Part shown: positions 27,020 to 39,457 of the stretch, one piece after another
Layout of the letters: each line of letters opens with the position of its first letter
Position numbering within the stretch: position 1 is the first letter of the stretch
Assembly: GCF_001194135.2 (NCBI RefSeq)
Contig: NC_068993.1
Location: 42,898,115 to 42,962,114, forward strand
Reading direction: 5' to 3'
Length of the DNA: 64,000 nucleotides
From: Octopus bimaculoides
Lineage: Eukaryota
Made by a program: the position numbers and the translations under genes
The notes under the pieces: model-generated
Told to the model about the DNA's origin: nothing
Seen by the model: the letters and a program-made list of their open reading frames with translations, nothing else
Databases searched by the model: none

Positions 27020-29030
27020 TTAATTATTGTTCCTTGATATGTAATCCTTCCTTATAGAGATGAGTGAACCAAAATTTGGCACCAAAGACTGAGCCGTTGG
27101 CACTTTCAGTATTCATCTGAGTTGCCTACCAATAAGGTAAGGTCAAAGTTGAGACTTATTGAAGTTAATTGCAGAAAACAATTGCTCACAGGTAAATGTC
27201 CTTCCGAACATTGACATAATATTGGAGATCAAATACTTATTCCTGGGATAATTACAAGAGAATATTCTGTAAACTACTTAACTTTGTCATGGAATTGACC
27301 GCTAAAATTCTTTCATTCATCAGTCTTTACAAAAAATACCTGTTCAAAGGTGAATGTCCTTCCAAACATTGACATAATCTTCGAGGCCAAACCTTTATTC
27401 TTGGGATAATTGCGACAGAAAACACTCTGCACTATTTAACTTTGTCTTTGGATTGACCTTTATGATTCTCAGATAATTCATGATCCTGTACATGATTCTG
27501 AACGTTGACATAATTTCTGAGGCCAAACACTTACTTCCGAAATAATTTGTCCCATGCCATTCATAAAATGTACCAAAATTGACATTTGGAAACTTATTCT
27601 TCAATACAGAATTTTACTGGAGCTCAATTACTTCTATCTGTTCTTGTACCATATTTATTTTAAAATAGAGGAAATTATTTCTCAATGTTTTTTAAAGCTG
27701 ACAAATCATTCCTGAAACACATTTATTAGCTTCGAAATCTTCTTATAGTATTTATTGTATTTCAATGATATAGCATGAAATACATTTGTGTGTTTCAGGT
27801 ATTTTAAGCTTAGAAATTGTGCGATATTACCATTTAATGGTTGTGCTCAAAATGGTTAAGTTTCATCTCATATACACGAAGTGTGTTGTAATATATTCGT
27901 CGCCATTTTATTGAGTAGTTGTAGCTTCGTATTCAAGTAATTTAAATGTTCTGTGATATCGATAATGAAAGCTATACTATGGAACCTAAATATTATCTTT
28001 CAGTTTCCGCATATCCATTGCTTTCTGTTGCATAAATATCTGTATTTCATATTGCAGTTCTTCAAATCACTGCAATACGACTCCCTGAGTCGTGTGACAC
28101 GGTAGTTGATGATTGTTATTGCTTTCCTACAAAACCTAACTGAACGGTCTCTGGCTCAAACTTCACACACATTTGAAGTTCAATATCTTTACCACATTCA
28201 TCATATTATTCATATTTAATATTTCACAGTACAACACTTTCCAATGTAATGATTCCATGAACAATATGATATGTTTAGCATCAACAGCTTTTAGTTTTTT
28301 TGTTTTTTTTTTCTTTAATGTTGTCGTTCCGGCAGCTTTGTTACCAGTAGTTTACGTTGTTCCATGTGTAGAACGGCACAATGTTTACGTCAAATCAACA
28401 CCTATCTTAAACGATCTCCATGCCGAACTCACATAGATATCATCTCCGGTTGATGGTCCCGTCGTTGATACTAGTTTTACCAGTTCTGTTGAAAACATAT
28501 TTTCGTCTACACCATGGATATGAACTGTAAACTGTATGCCACCTGTGTTACATCCGTTTGTGTTTTTTTTTTATATCAGAAAAGAAAATACTGTGAACTA
28601 CTTAACTTTGTCTTTGGGTTAATTATTGAGTTTCACTGAGAGTTCGTGAACTTTTCTGAAACTGTATTTCTTAAGAGGTTTATATCTTTGCAATTGTTTG
28701 ACGGTTTTTCGGGCAAATATTGTCTACGGCCATCAACGTGCGACGGCTTCCATGAAAATGGCTTCCATAACAGCGATTGCAAAAGTAATCATATTACTTA
28801 ATGCAATATACCTCCAACTCCTTATATTGTTCTTTATCCTACTATGTTTATCACACTTTAAAGAATGAGTGATTTCAGAATATCTTGGAATGTTTTTATT
28901 CTTTCAGAGAGGATACGAGTTGCGTACTAACCAAATGGGTTGGTTTTCCATTCACTTCAACTAAAAAGTACGGGATTTTCCACTTTTCTGTACCACACGA
29001 CGCACCTTATCAACTGCTCTCCCCTTAAAA
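27020..29030 (-). pseudogene. Fossil near full-length hAT transposase (SPIN/OC1, GTF2IRD2/EPM2AIP1-like group)
   Basis: Co-linear minus-strand fragments: KWKIPYFLVEVNGKP, LRNTVSE, DKVK*FTVFS, IHGVDENMFSTELV, GVDLT, LHWKVLYCEILNMNNMMNVVKILNF, QGVVLQ*FEELQYEIQIFM, AFIIDITEHLNYLNTKLQ, EVIELQ*NSVLKNKF, IMSMFGRTFTCEQLFSAINFNKS, LKVPTAQSLVPN; stop at 27020-22. Many stops and frameshifts. Confidence 0.85.
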
Positions 29031-31289
29031 AGCATGAAGTGGTTAATAGGTATTATCTTGAATATATGTAACACCCCAAAGCTTCCAAAGAAAAATGCAA
29101 TACGTTTTATATAATTCTTCTCTTTTTAATAATTTGTTTCCTTACATTTGTTTCGATAAGCAGCTGCTAATCCCTACAAGATATTATACCAAGAGTTGAT
29201 GCTACTGTGGCCGCAATCAATAGTATTACATCTCTACGAACACGACGCTTCCAACGGTCACAACGAAGGTGACGTAATTATGAACACAAAGTTTCGTGTT
29301 CTTCCCTCTCTTTAGCAGATTGCTTTCGCTGGCATGTTATTAGGTGATTTAGCTTAATCTTAACTTTGGTTAATGCTACGTAAATCGAAATAGAAATGGA
29401 AAAGCATGAATAATCTTCTTAGATTTTTTTAAAACTTGTATTAGTTTTTTTTTTTCCTTTTCTTTAATAATGCATTATAAAGCACAAAAATGGCTGAAGC
29501 AATAAATGTGTTGCAGGCTACATGATGTAAGAAGACGGCGAGTCATATGGCAAAAGGTTTTCGTTCAACATGAAGCTCTCAGGCCACGTGTTTCACACCC
29601 CTGAAGTAAATGATTTAATGAATACCATAATGTTATTTTTTAAAGCCTGGAGACGAAAAAGCAAAATCGAAAGCCATAAGTCAACACCAGGTTAAACTTG
29701 AACAAAGAAAATACGCAAAGAGATCAAATGTAATAATCTAGAGCTTCATCATTCCAACTAATTCACACCTTTTTACCGTTTTATTGTCTTTCTAATTTCA
29801 AACATTTATTTCTGTTCTGCCTTCAAACTATAAATTATAAAAAGAATTCGGCTTCGCAAAAAACATTACGTATACTGAACAAAGATTTCTTTTTAGTTTA
29901 AATGATTAATTTATTAATTGAGATAAAGTCTATTTTACTAATTATGTCATAATATAATCTTATTGATCGTAATATAAGTAATTGCTTCTCCTATATATAC
30001 ATTCCTAAATGTTTTTATCTATTTTCATCTTCATCTCAGTGTGGTTGCTATATAAGATGTCCTGAGTATGTCAAAAGAACTGCTTATTTATCGTTCTTTA
30101 AAGAGATCAAGTTTATAATCTTGCAGCAGAAATATAAAGGAATAAAAAATATCTTTATTAATACGTGTTAGTTAGTGAGCACAATGTTTATTTAAAGTTC
30201 CTATATCATAGATATCTTGACAAGTAGCCAACGATCATAATATATATGTATATATATATATATATACATATNNNNNNNNNNNNNNNNNNNNNNNNNNNNN
30301 NNNNNNNNNNNNNNNNNNNNNNNNNNNNNNNNNNNNNNNNNNNNNNNNNNNNNNNNNNNNNNNNNNNNNNNNNNNNNNNNNNNNNNNNNNNNNNNNNNNN
30401 NNNNNNNNNNNNNNNNNNNNNNNNNNNNNNNNNNNNNNNNNNNNNNNNNNNNNNNNNNNNNNNNNNNNNNNNNNNNNNNNNNNNNNNNNNNNNNNNNNNN
30501 NNNNNNNNNNNNNNNNNNNNNNNNNNNNNNNNNNNNNNNNNNNNNNNNNNNNNNNNNNNNNNNNNNNNNNNNNNNNNNNNNNNNNNNNNNNNNNNNNNNN
30601 NNNNNNNNNNNNNNNNNNNNNNNNNNNNNNNNNNNNNNNNNNNNNNNNNNNNNNNNNNNNNNNNNNNNNNNNNNNNNNNNNNNNNNNNNNNNNNNNNNNN
30701 NNNNNNNNNNNNNNNNNNNNNNNNNNNNNNNNNNNNNNNNNNNNNNNNNNNNNNNNNNNNNNNNNNNNNNNNNNNNNNNNNNNNNNNNNNNNNNNNNNNN
30801 NNNNNNNNNNNNNNNNNNNNNNNNNNNNNNNNNNNNNNNNNNNNNNNNNNNNNNNNNNNNNNNNNNNNNNNNNNNNNNNNNNNNNNNNNNNNNNNNNNNN
30901 NNNNNNNNNNNNNNNNNNNNNNNNNNNNNNNNNNNNNNNNNNNNNNNNNNNNNNNNNNNNNNNNNNNNNNNNNNNNNNNNNNNNNNNNNNNNNNNNNNNN
31001 NNNNNNNNNNNNNNNNNNNNNNNNNNNNNNNNNNNNNNNNNNNNNNNNNNNNNNNNNNNNNNNNNNNNNNNNNNNNNNNNNNNNNNNNNNNNNNNNNNNN
31101 NNNNNNNNNNNNNNNNNNNNNNNNNNNNNNNNNNNNNNNNNNNNNNNNNNNNNNNNNNNNNNNNNNNNNNNNNNNNNNNNNNNNNNNNNNNNNNNNNNNN
31201 NNNNNNNNGGGGGAAAATTATTTAAAATTTCTGTGACTGTTTCAATAATTTCAATTACACGAATTTCTATGATACACTTGTTTCTTTGT

Positions 31290-31314
31290 CACTACCGCTT
31301 TTCTGCTCTCTTTC

Positions 31315-31353
<39 letters not shown>

Positions 31354-31433
31354 CATTCGTTTATCTCCACCTCTCTATGCCATCTCTCACGTACTCTTTT
31401 TCTCTCCCCCCTCTCTCTCCCACTCTTTCTCTC

Positions 31434-31511
<78 letters not shown>

Positions 31512-31680
31512 TAGGCATGTGTTTTCCTTGTACATTTCTCGTTCCATAGATTGTTTGCTCTTTATATCTCCAATCTCATTCTCTCCCTCACTCTATCTCT
31601 GCCAGCACCTTTCACTCTCTCTCTCTCTCTTTCTTTCTCTTTTTCTCTCTCCCTTTCTGTCACTCACTCCCTCCCTATCT
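31290..31680. repeat. (CTTT)n/(CT)n/(CA)n microsatellite block after gap 30272-31208
   Basis: Visible simple repeats. Confidence 0.95.
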
Positions 31681-32204
31681 AACCAATAATTTATGGCGCC
31701 TTCAAGTTTTCTTCTGAAAACAACTCTCTGAACAAAATTGTGTTCAAAGTTCAAATAAATATTTTTTTTATCAGCAGAGAGCAAGCTGGCACTTAAATGG
31801 GTGATTATAGCTAAAATAACTGCATTATGAGAATATCATTAGGCATTTTTTTTTTCAAAAAATAAAAAAATTACTGATGCTAATATATTGATAAAAGAAA
31901 TAATGAGGACCATCTGATAATGTTTACTAAGACTGGTTTTATTGCTTTTAGAGTCATTGAATGTACTTTTGTTTATGCAAAATATTATCGAGTCTAATTA
32001 TGTGAAAGTTCAATATGTTTCTTTACTGTTTTATCAAGTATTTCTTATATCTAATACTTTCTTTATCCTTATAACTTCAACTAAATATTTATATCACATT
32101 TTACTAGCTTTCTCTTACGTTAATACAAGCGAGCAGCACCGCAGCATATCTGTCGTTAAGTCATTCACTGAAGAGATAGCTTTTAAAAGTAGCGTGTAAG
32201 ATAA

Positions 32205-32380
32205 ATGCAGCTTCGTGGTTAAGAAGCTTGCTCTATAACAATGAGTGTTCTGGGTCAGTCCCACTGCATGGTAGTTTGGGCAATTGTTTCCTACTATAGC
32301 TCGAGCACCGACCAATGTCTAGTGAATGAACTTTGATAGAGTGAGAAACTGTGTGAAGACTCATGTGTGTGTGTGTGTTT

Positions 32381-32431
<51 letters not shown>

Positions 32432-32615
32432 TCTATTTATTCCCGCTCGCCAGCTAGTGCTGGCTTGTTTATAGCCCTACAACCTAGCGGATCGGCAAAA
32501 GAGACTGCTGGAATAAATAAAAAACAAAGTACTGGGATCAAATTGGTAGACTAAGCGTTGCAAGGCAATGCCCCCTTGCCAGTCCGAAGTCCAATGGCTG
32601 ACACAAATAAAGGAT
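32205..32615 (+). mobile_element. SINE family B with internal (TG)n
   Basis: GTGGTTAAGAAGCTTGC...GGGTCAGTCCCACTGCATGG head, (TG)n at 32364-32430, tail CCTAGCGGATCGGCAAAAGAGAC. Confidence 0.8.
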
Positions 32616-32874
32616 TAGAGGAGAAAAAAGACAGAGATTCTAAGTTAACACTAAACAGGCATGGGTATGTGATAAAGGATATAGATTTGCAGCCACGTGT
32701 TGCCACGCTCGATCCCACCGCGCAGCACATTAGGAAAGGAAAGTGTAATTAAGGAAAGTGTAGTTAAAAAATAAATACCATATGAATGAAATTGTGTCAC
32801 AGAAACGGTGCGGAAACTCATTACGTGTGTATGTATGTTTATGCGCATGTATATGTATGCGCGCGCATGTGTGA

Positions 32875-32913
<39 letters not shown>

Positions 32914-33690
32914 TGTGTGTTGTCTGATATAAACAGCTAGAAACCCGAAAAGTCGTTGCTTTCTGAATGAAGTTCCTTGGTGTTATTTGCTCTGCACCGA
33001 AGTACACACGCTCCCATTAGCAATGGCACTGTCAGAAATACAATAAACCAGTTATTGGGCAGCTGGATACCAGCAACCAAAGACGCCCTTGTTCAGCAAT
33101 TATGATACCATAAATATGTCGTAGATGTCTTGCAAACAACTCGCACACGCAAGTGCTAGCAATCGAGAACTCCGCATACCGGAAGCCAGCAAGTGTAGGG
33201 GGTCATCAAGAGAGAATGCGTGACGTTTCGGGTCCTACCTCTCGACAGCATCAATGCGCACCGGCCCCCCTCACTAATATGAGGCCCCGCTTGCTATATC
33301 AACTGGTTACAAAAAAAAAAGCTCAATATTTCTCTAGCCATCGCTCATCGTCTCTTTTTAACCAAATCCAGTGGCTAGCCTTCTTCACTGTAGTTTGGAT
33401 ATCACTCATGGTGGTATTTAAACTTCTTTAGATATCACTGAATCATATTTGTTATTTTCAACTGGATATTAGCAGTGATTGCATCAAGAAATACATAACT
33501 TTTCACTGCTGTGATGCGAAGTCCTTAAGCGCAAAACTGTAGCTACGCTCACTGCTTATCTGCACATTACTTAGTTGTTCTTTGTCAATGAATGACCTAC
33601 CAACATTTCTAGTGTTCTTCATTCAAGCCAAGAAAATTAGTAAAATGAGTAAAATGTGATACTGATATTATTTTGGCCAAGTGGACTTTA

Positions 33691-33908
33691 AAAGGGGTGC
33701 TGAAAACTTCCTGGCTTTTGGTTCAAAGAAAATACAGGAGGATCAGTTAAATATGATTTTATTCAAGATATTCACCTCTAAGATTCACACAATTATTGCA
33801 GCGATCCTTCAGATTTTCTAAGCCCTGTAAAAGAAATAGGAAGTTTGAGCCTACAACCTAGCCTTCTACAATACCCTTAATACGAAGAACTTTTCAGCTT
33901 CTCCCTCG
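33691..33908. mobile_element. Mariner-derived MITE (218 bp) with TA target-site duplication
   Basis: TA (33689-90), left TIR AAAGGGGTGCTGAAAACTTCC, right TIR AAGAACTTTTCAGCTTCTCCCTCG, TA (33909-10); no coding capacity. Confidence 0.75.
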
Positions 33909-34284
33909 TATGCATGTCCGGCTCACTAGCCGACCACACTCGATCTCCAATCGCTAACATGGCCACATCAGATGCAGCGTAATTTTTTGGTACATTCAAA
34001 ACTTTTTAAATGCACTGGCAAATATGGCGATTGACGTTATATCTGTGTTCAGCTGTTTAGAAATAAAGCAACAAAAGTGAGCAACACTCTTGTTATTTGG
34101 CTATAAACTTAAATACATTAGCCTTTGTACGCTATACAGTCTTTCATAATATACAAACAATAGATTCTTTTGAATATATTGTTTCAAAAACTTATTCAAA
34201 CTATGGAAAAAACTGGAAGCCATACTCGAATAAATACCTTTATCAAAACTTAGAGTCAATATAATACATAGGTTTGTGTCGGTA

Positions 34285-34290
34285 TGAGTG

Positions 34291-34337
<47 letters not shown>

Positions 34338-34748
34338 TTGTGTGTGTGTGTGTGTGTGCGTGTGCGTGTGTGTGTCTGTGTATAGTTAATCGCAGTCGCA
34401 CATGTATATCTTCTGAGTTTACTCCTTAAGGAAGCTTTTGAGCATTGTACTTCTTCAACTAGTCAACTAATTGGAATTGTTTGAGGATACAATTGTAATA
34501 TTACTGCTGAATACCGGAAGAAATTCATTGCAGATGGAGTGTACTTAACAAAGCTTTATTAGGAAAGCAGATGCCATTTGCGTGTAAGCAGGTATGTGTG
34601 TGTGTGTGTGTGTGCATGAGTGTCTGGCCTTAAGTGCGTGGTTGAGGATATCCACCGCCCTCTCTATTTCCATCTCTCGGTCGCTCTCTCTTTCTCTTTC
34701 ACCCATTCTGTATCTATCCGTCTATCTCTCTATCTATTTATCTATCTA

Positions 34749-34779
<31 letters not shown>

Positions 34780-34965
34780 GTGTGTATGTATAATGTACGT
34801 ATGTAAATTCCTTTGTATAATGTTTCATTATGCCGTTTGTGATTCGTCCATAGAATTGTACGTTCTTATCTACTAATTCACTTGAGAAGTAAGAGTAGAA
34901 ATCAATACAGTCCAGGGAGCTCAACGACTCTATGGATGCTGAATTTGGGATGAAACACACACACA

Positions 34966-35005
<40 letters not shown>

Positions 35006-35240
35006 AATATTGGTATGCAGGCTTCTTCCTCATTATAAATATGTATGGGCATAATACATGAGCGGTCTATAGGCGTATATATAGGTATGTGTATATTTAT
35101 AAAAATTATATATACACACACATATATTAATCAATGTATACAATATGAGTGTGTGTGTACATACATATATACGTACACACACGTACATACATGCAAACAT
35201 ACATGCATGCGCGCATACATACATCTAATGTGTGTGCGTC
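34285..35240. repeat. Cluster of TG, CT, TCTA, CA and TACA microsatellites interspersed with unique DNA
   Basis: Visible simple repeats; they explain ORFs 34594-35269. Confidence 0.9.
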
Positions 35241-36572
35241 TGTGCCGAAACCATAGTGATATCCAGTGAAGTGGCTGATGATGGGATGTCATTGTATATT
35301 AGATAACATTGTTGCTGCTGTGATATTTAAGTATTTGTTTCTTCATTATTCTCTTTGATGTACTATTTATGTAGTTCGACTTACTGATGTTATCCTTAAT
35401 TGTACTCATTAATATTTCGGGATGTTATATTACCTGGCATAGGTCTTGATACAGTTTATAGCTTATTCATATATCATACATATATTCATACATATATTCA
35501 TATTCATACATATATTCATACACCAAATGGCTCTAAGAAACATATTATTTACCACATTGGCACAGGCTGAAATCCATTCGGTATCTATGTCTAGCATAAG
35601 GCGCAAGTCATTAGTGCTCTCACTATAATTATATTTATGTAATTATATTTCTTGTATTATTTGTTACCTACATGTTTTATTACATACTGGCTACTTCATA
35701 AAATCTTGCATATATTTTATCCTTGATTATATATATATATATATACACATACACATTTTATATAATCTTCAAAATATAACGTAAGGCAAGTACAGAGCGT
35801 AATATGAAATTATATATGCTGACAAAGGGACAGGAATTGCGTAACCGACTTCATTAGCTTAAAGCTGTTTTTGATCCAAGGGCAAGTGCACTCAGAGCTG
35901 AGTACCTGTACCTCACCTTATAACTACCTCACAATACATACATACATACATTCATACATATAAATATATATATATATNNNNNNNNNNNNNNNNNNNNNNN
36001 NNNNNNNNNNNNNNNNNNNNNNNNNNNNNNNNNNNNNNNNNNNNNNNNNNNNNNNNNNNNNNNNNNNNNNNNNNNNNNNNNNNNNNNNNNNNNNNNNNNN
36101 NNNNNNNNNNNNNNNNNNNNNNNNNNNNNNNNNNNNNNNNNNNNNNNNNNNNNNNNNNNNNNNNNNNNNNNNNNNNNNNNNNNNNNNNNNNNNNNNNNNN
36201 NNNNNNNNNNNNNNNNNNNNNNNNNNNNNNNNNNNNNNNNNNNNNNNNNNNNNNNGTATAATATAAAGTAAATATCATAAGATAAATATAATAAAAAGAT
36301 TATTTATTATTTTTATTATATTTTTATTATATTTATCTTATGATATTTACTTTACTTTATATTATACTCATTTATTGTGCTTTTAATTACTAATTTTTCT
36401 ATATGTGATAGTGGATTTTCATCGATGAGTTCTTGAAAATTGGTTATTTTCCCTAAAACTATATATTTCATATATACTTTATCTATAAGGCTCAATTTAA
36501 TTTTAATTTTTTATAAATTGATTTTAATTGAGTTTTTTTACCTGTAATTTTGGATTTTGTCCCTAATATTAT

Positions 36573-36608
<36 letters not shown>

Positions 36609-36916
36609 CACACATACATAGGCGCATATGCATTTATGCATATATAATACTTCATTTCTACATATAATTTTATCTCAAAAACTGGGTAGTTTCGATCATA
36701 AATGGGCGTTTTGTAATTTTTACTTTCGGAACATTAATTACAGAGCTGCTGTCAGTAAATTTGTATTTAAACAATTGATATGCCTTAAAGTGAACAAGTT
36801 TGTAAAATACTTTTGCACTGCAGAATATAACAGCTTCGTCGTCGCTGTCGCTGCAGACGTCATCGTCACCATCATCATCATCGTCATCTACATTATTTCA
36901 TAATTAAAGTTGTTTT

Positions 36917-37790
36917 AAGGCGGCGAGCTGGGAAAATCGTTAGCATGCCGGTCAAAATGCTTAGCAGCATTTCGTCTATCTTTTCGTTCTGAGTTCAAAT
37001 TCCGCCAAAGTCGACTTTGCCTTTCATCCATTGGGTCGATAAAATAAGTATCAGTTGAGCACTGGGGTTAATGGAACAGACTAGTCCCTTCATCGAAATT
37101 TCAGACCGTGTGCCTACAGTAGAAAGGATTATCAAATACGTAAGACGATGAGGAGACAAAATCCTTAGCTAGTCGGACAATATGCCTTGCAGCATTTCTT
37201 CCGACTTCTTAAGTTCTGAGTTCAAATTCCATCGAGATCGACTTCAACTTGCATCGTTTTGGGATCAATAAAGTTGAGCATTGAGTAAGAGTGGAGAAAA
37301 TATATAATCGACTTCGCTATCTTCTCAAAATTGTTGACCTTGTGCCAACATTAGAAAGAATTATTAAAGACTTACTAAGCTCGCGAATCGTTTGAATGCT
37401 GAGGAAAATACTTTGTGGTATTTGTTCCGGCTCTCTATGTTCTGAGTTCAATTCTGCCCAGATTACATTTAATTCCCATCCTTACTAAATCCCTGACATA
37501 ATGTACTGGTCAAGTACTGAGTTTGAATGGCTGCAGCAAACGTCCTTTCAATATTGCTGGACTAGGGTCAAAATTAGAAACTCTTATTAAAAACATACTG
37601 CCAGTTGGATTCGCTGAATTGGCAGATTAAGGATTAAATTCATGGCGGTATTTAAATATCTATATTTATACTCTTATTTTGTATCCCATCGAAGTCGTCT
37701 TTACCTTTCATCCCTCTGGGACCCGTGATATATATACTGAGATATTACTAATTGATGTTAACCCTCTGGCTGTGTCATAAGCCTTTTCAT
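36917..37790 (+). mobile_element. Head-to-tail array of four SINE family A copies
   Basis: Units start at about 36917, 37140, 37370 and 37600; the first three show the TTCTGAGTTCAA B-box region, all show a GTCGACTT/CATCC-like core; divergence increases rightward. Confidence 0.8.
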
Positions 37791-38599
37791 AAGTTAGTCC
37801 CAAACGTCCATGCTTGTTTTTAGACTTTTAGTAAGCCCTTGTTTCACATGTTCTAAGTAATAAACAGCCTTCTTTTCACATATCATAAGTTTCTCTAGTC
37901 GTTAGCAAAAATTAGAAATGAATATTATATATTATGCATGGACGCCAGGGAAATATGTTCTGTATATCACAGGACATGCAAAGAGTTAAGAAACGACCAA
38001 TAAAGTATAACGTAACAAATGAATTTATCATCGGTGATAATTACCCTTGACTTTTGGACCATTTCAAAAATGTTAACTCCTGGCTCTGGGGCCATTTCAT
38101 TTAACATTTGCAATTGAACATCAACCATCAAATTGGATGATCAAATATATTTATATGTATATTGTCTAAAACGGGATGTTTTCCTCACCACCGCTCTACT
38201 GGCTTTAAACCTTCCATTTCCGCCTATTTCAGAATGAGCTAATTTAGACCAAAATGGATGCAGATGCATGGAAAGAACGGGAAGTTGTTTGTCATCGTTG
38301 TCCGACATGTTGTTATTGCTCTTGTTTGTCACCGTTGTTACTGTTATCGAAAGCATTGTGATGGAATAATAAATGTAGATGAAGTATATTGGTTGCAGAG
38401 TCTTATGTGGTGTTTCAATATGTTGTTACTTTCATTGAAATACTATTTTTCTGCCTCAACACCACCACCACCATTTATACCAATACTCCCCATCTCAAAT
38501 ATTCCGTCTTAAAAACTGCTTCGATTGTTTCTTTCATAAAATTAAATGCTTCGTTTCACAACGAACTTGTAACACAGCCAGAAAGTTTGAGCTTCCAGT

Positions 38600-38830
38600 T
38601 GTTCTTCGTCTTGTTGCTGTAGTCATTGTTACATTTGTTGTTGCAGTCGTTGTTATTGTTGATTTTGTTGTTATAGCAATTATTGTTCTTGTTGCAGCTA
38701 TTGTTGTTGTTATTGTTGCAGCTATCGTTATTATTGCAGTTTTTATTGTTGTTGTTGCAATTTTGCTCTTATTATTATTGTCTTTGCTACAGTTGTTGTT
38801 GTTGTTGTTATTGTAGCTGTTATTCTTGTT
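38600..38830. repeat. Degenerate (GTT/ATT/GCA)n low-complexity tract
   Basis: Visible trinucleotide-derived sequence. Confidence 0.85.
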
Positions 38831-39457
38831 GTTCAGTATTTATTGTTAACCGGATTATATTCAAACAGAGATAACTGGAAAACTGAGATGTAACAGATTT
38901 CAGATATTCTATAATTATATTTTTATTTATACAACAATGATACACAATATACCACTGTGCTATACAATATAAAGCTGAATTATATAATGTAATACAGTAA
39001 TACAATATGTTATACAATGTAATACAGTAATGTAAGGCTGTATTATATAATGTAACGAAGTAATGTAATATATTATATAATATAATACAGTGATAGATTA
39101 TGTTATATAGCTTAATGCTGTCGCAAAAACATTTCTCTACTTCGAGTGGTTATAATGAGGCAACGTATTCCTATATTTCCTTATTAACTACTTAATTTAT
39201 TCTATTTGTAGGAGATTGTTATTGCCAACAGGCGCTGCTTTTAAGTAAGAAAACTGGCAGACTGTCGGTATTGTTATTGGAGTTGTTGCTATTATTTAGC
39301 TCTATACCAGCGCTAATTGGGCAGGTCCAAACATCAAAAGCGTTTCTACCGTAACTATCCGGTCTAGTTTGCAGACAAAGTTTGTCTAGGAATGCGCTAT
39401 CCAACGTGTCTTTGTTAAAAGATATTGACATTTCGCTGAACAGAAATCTTTCGTCTT

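Noticed and set aside
39212-39450. GC-richer segment with a 33-bp plus-strand exon candidate and a roughly 75-aa minus-strand open frame
   Set aside because: No recognisable protein family, and the ORF start lies in a SINE head; not supportable without expression data.
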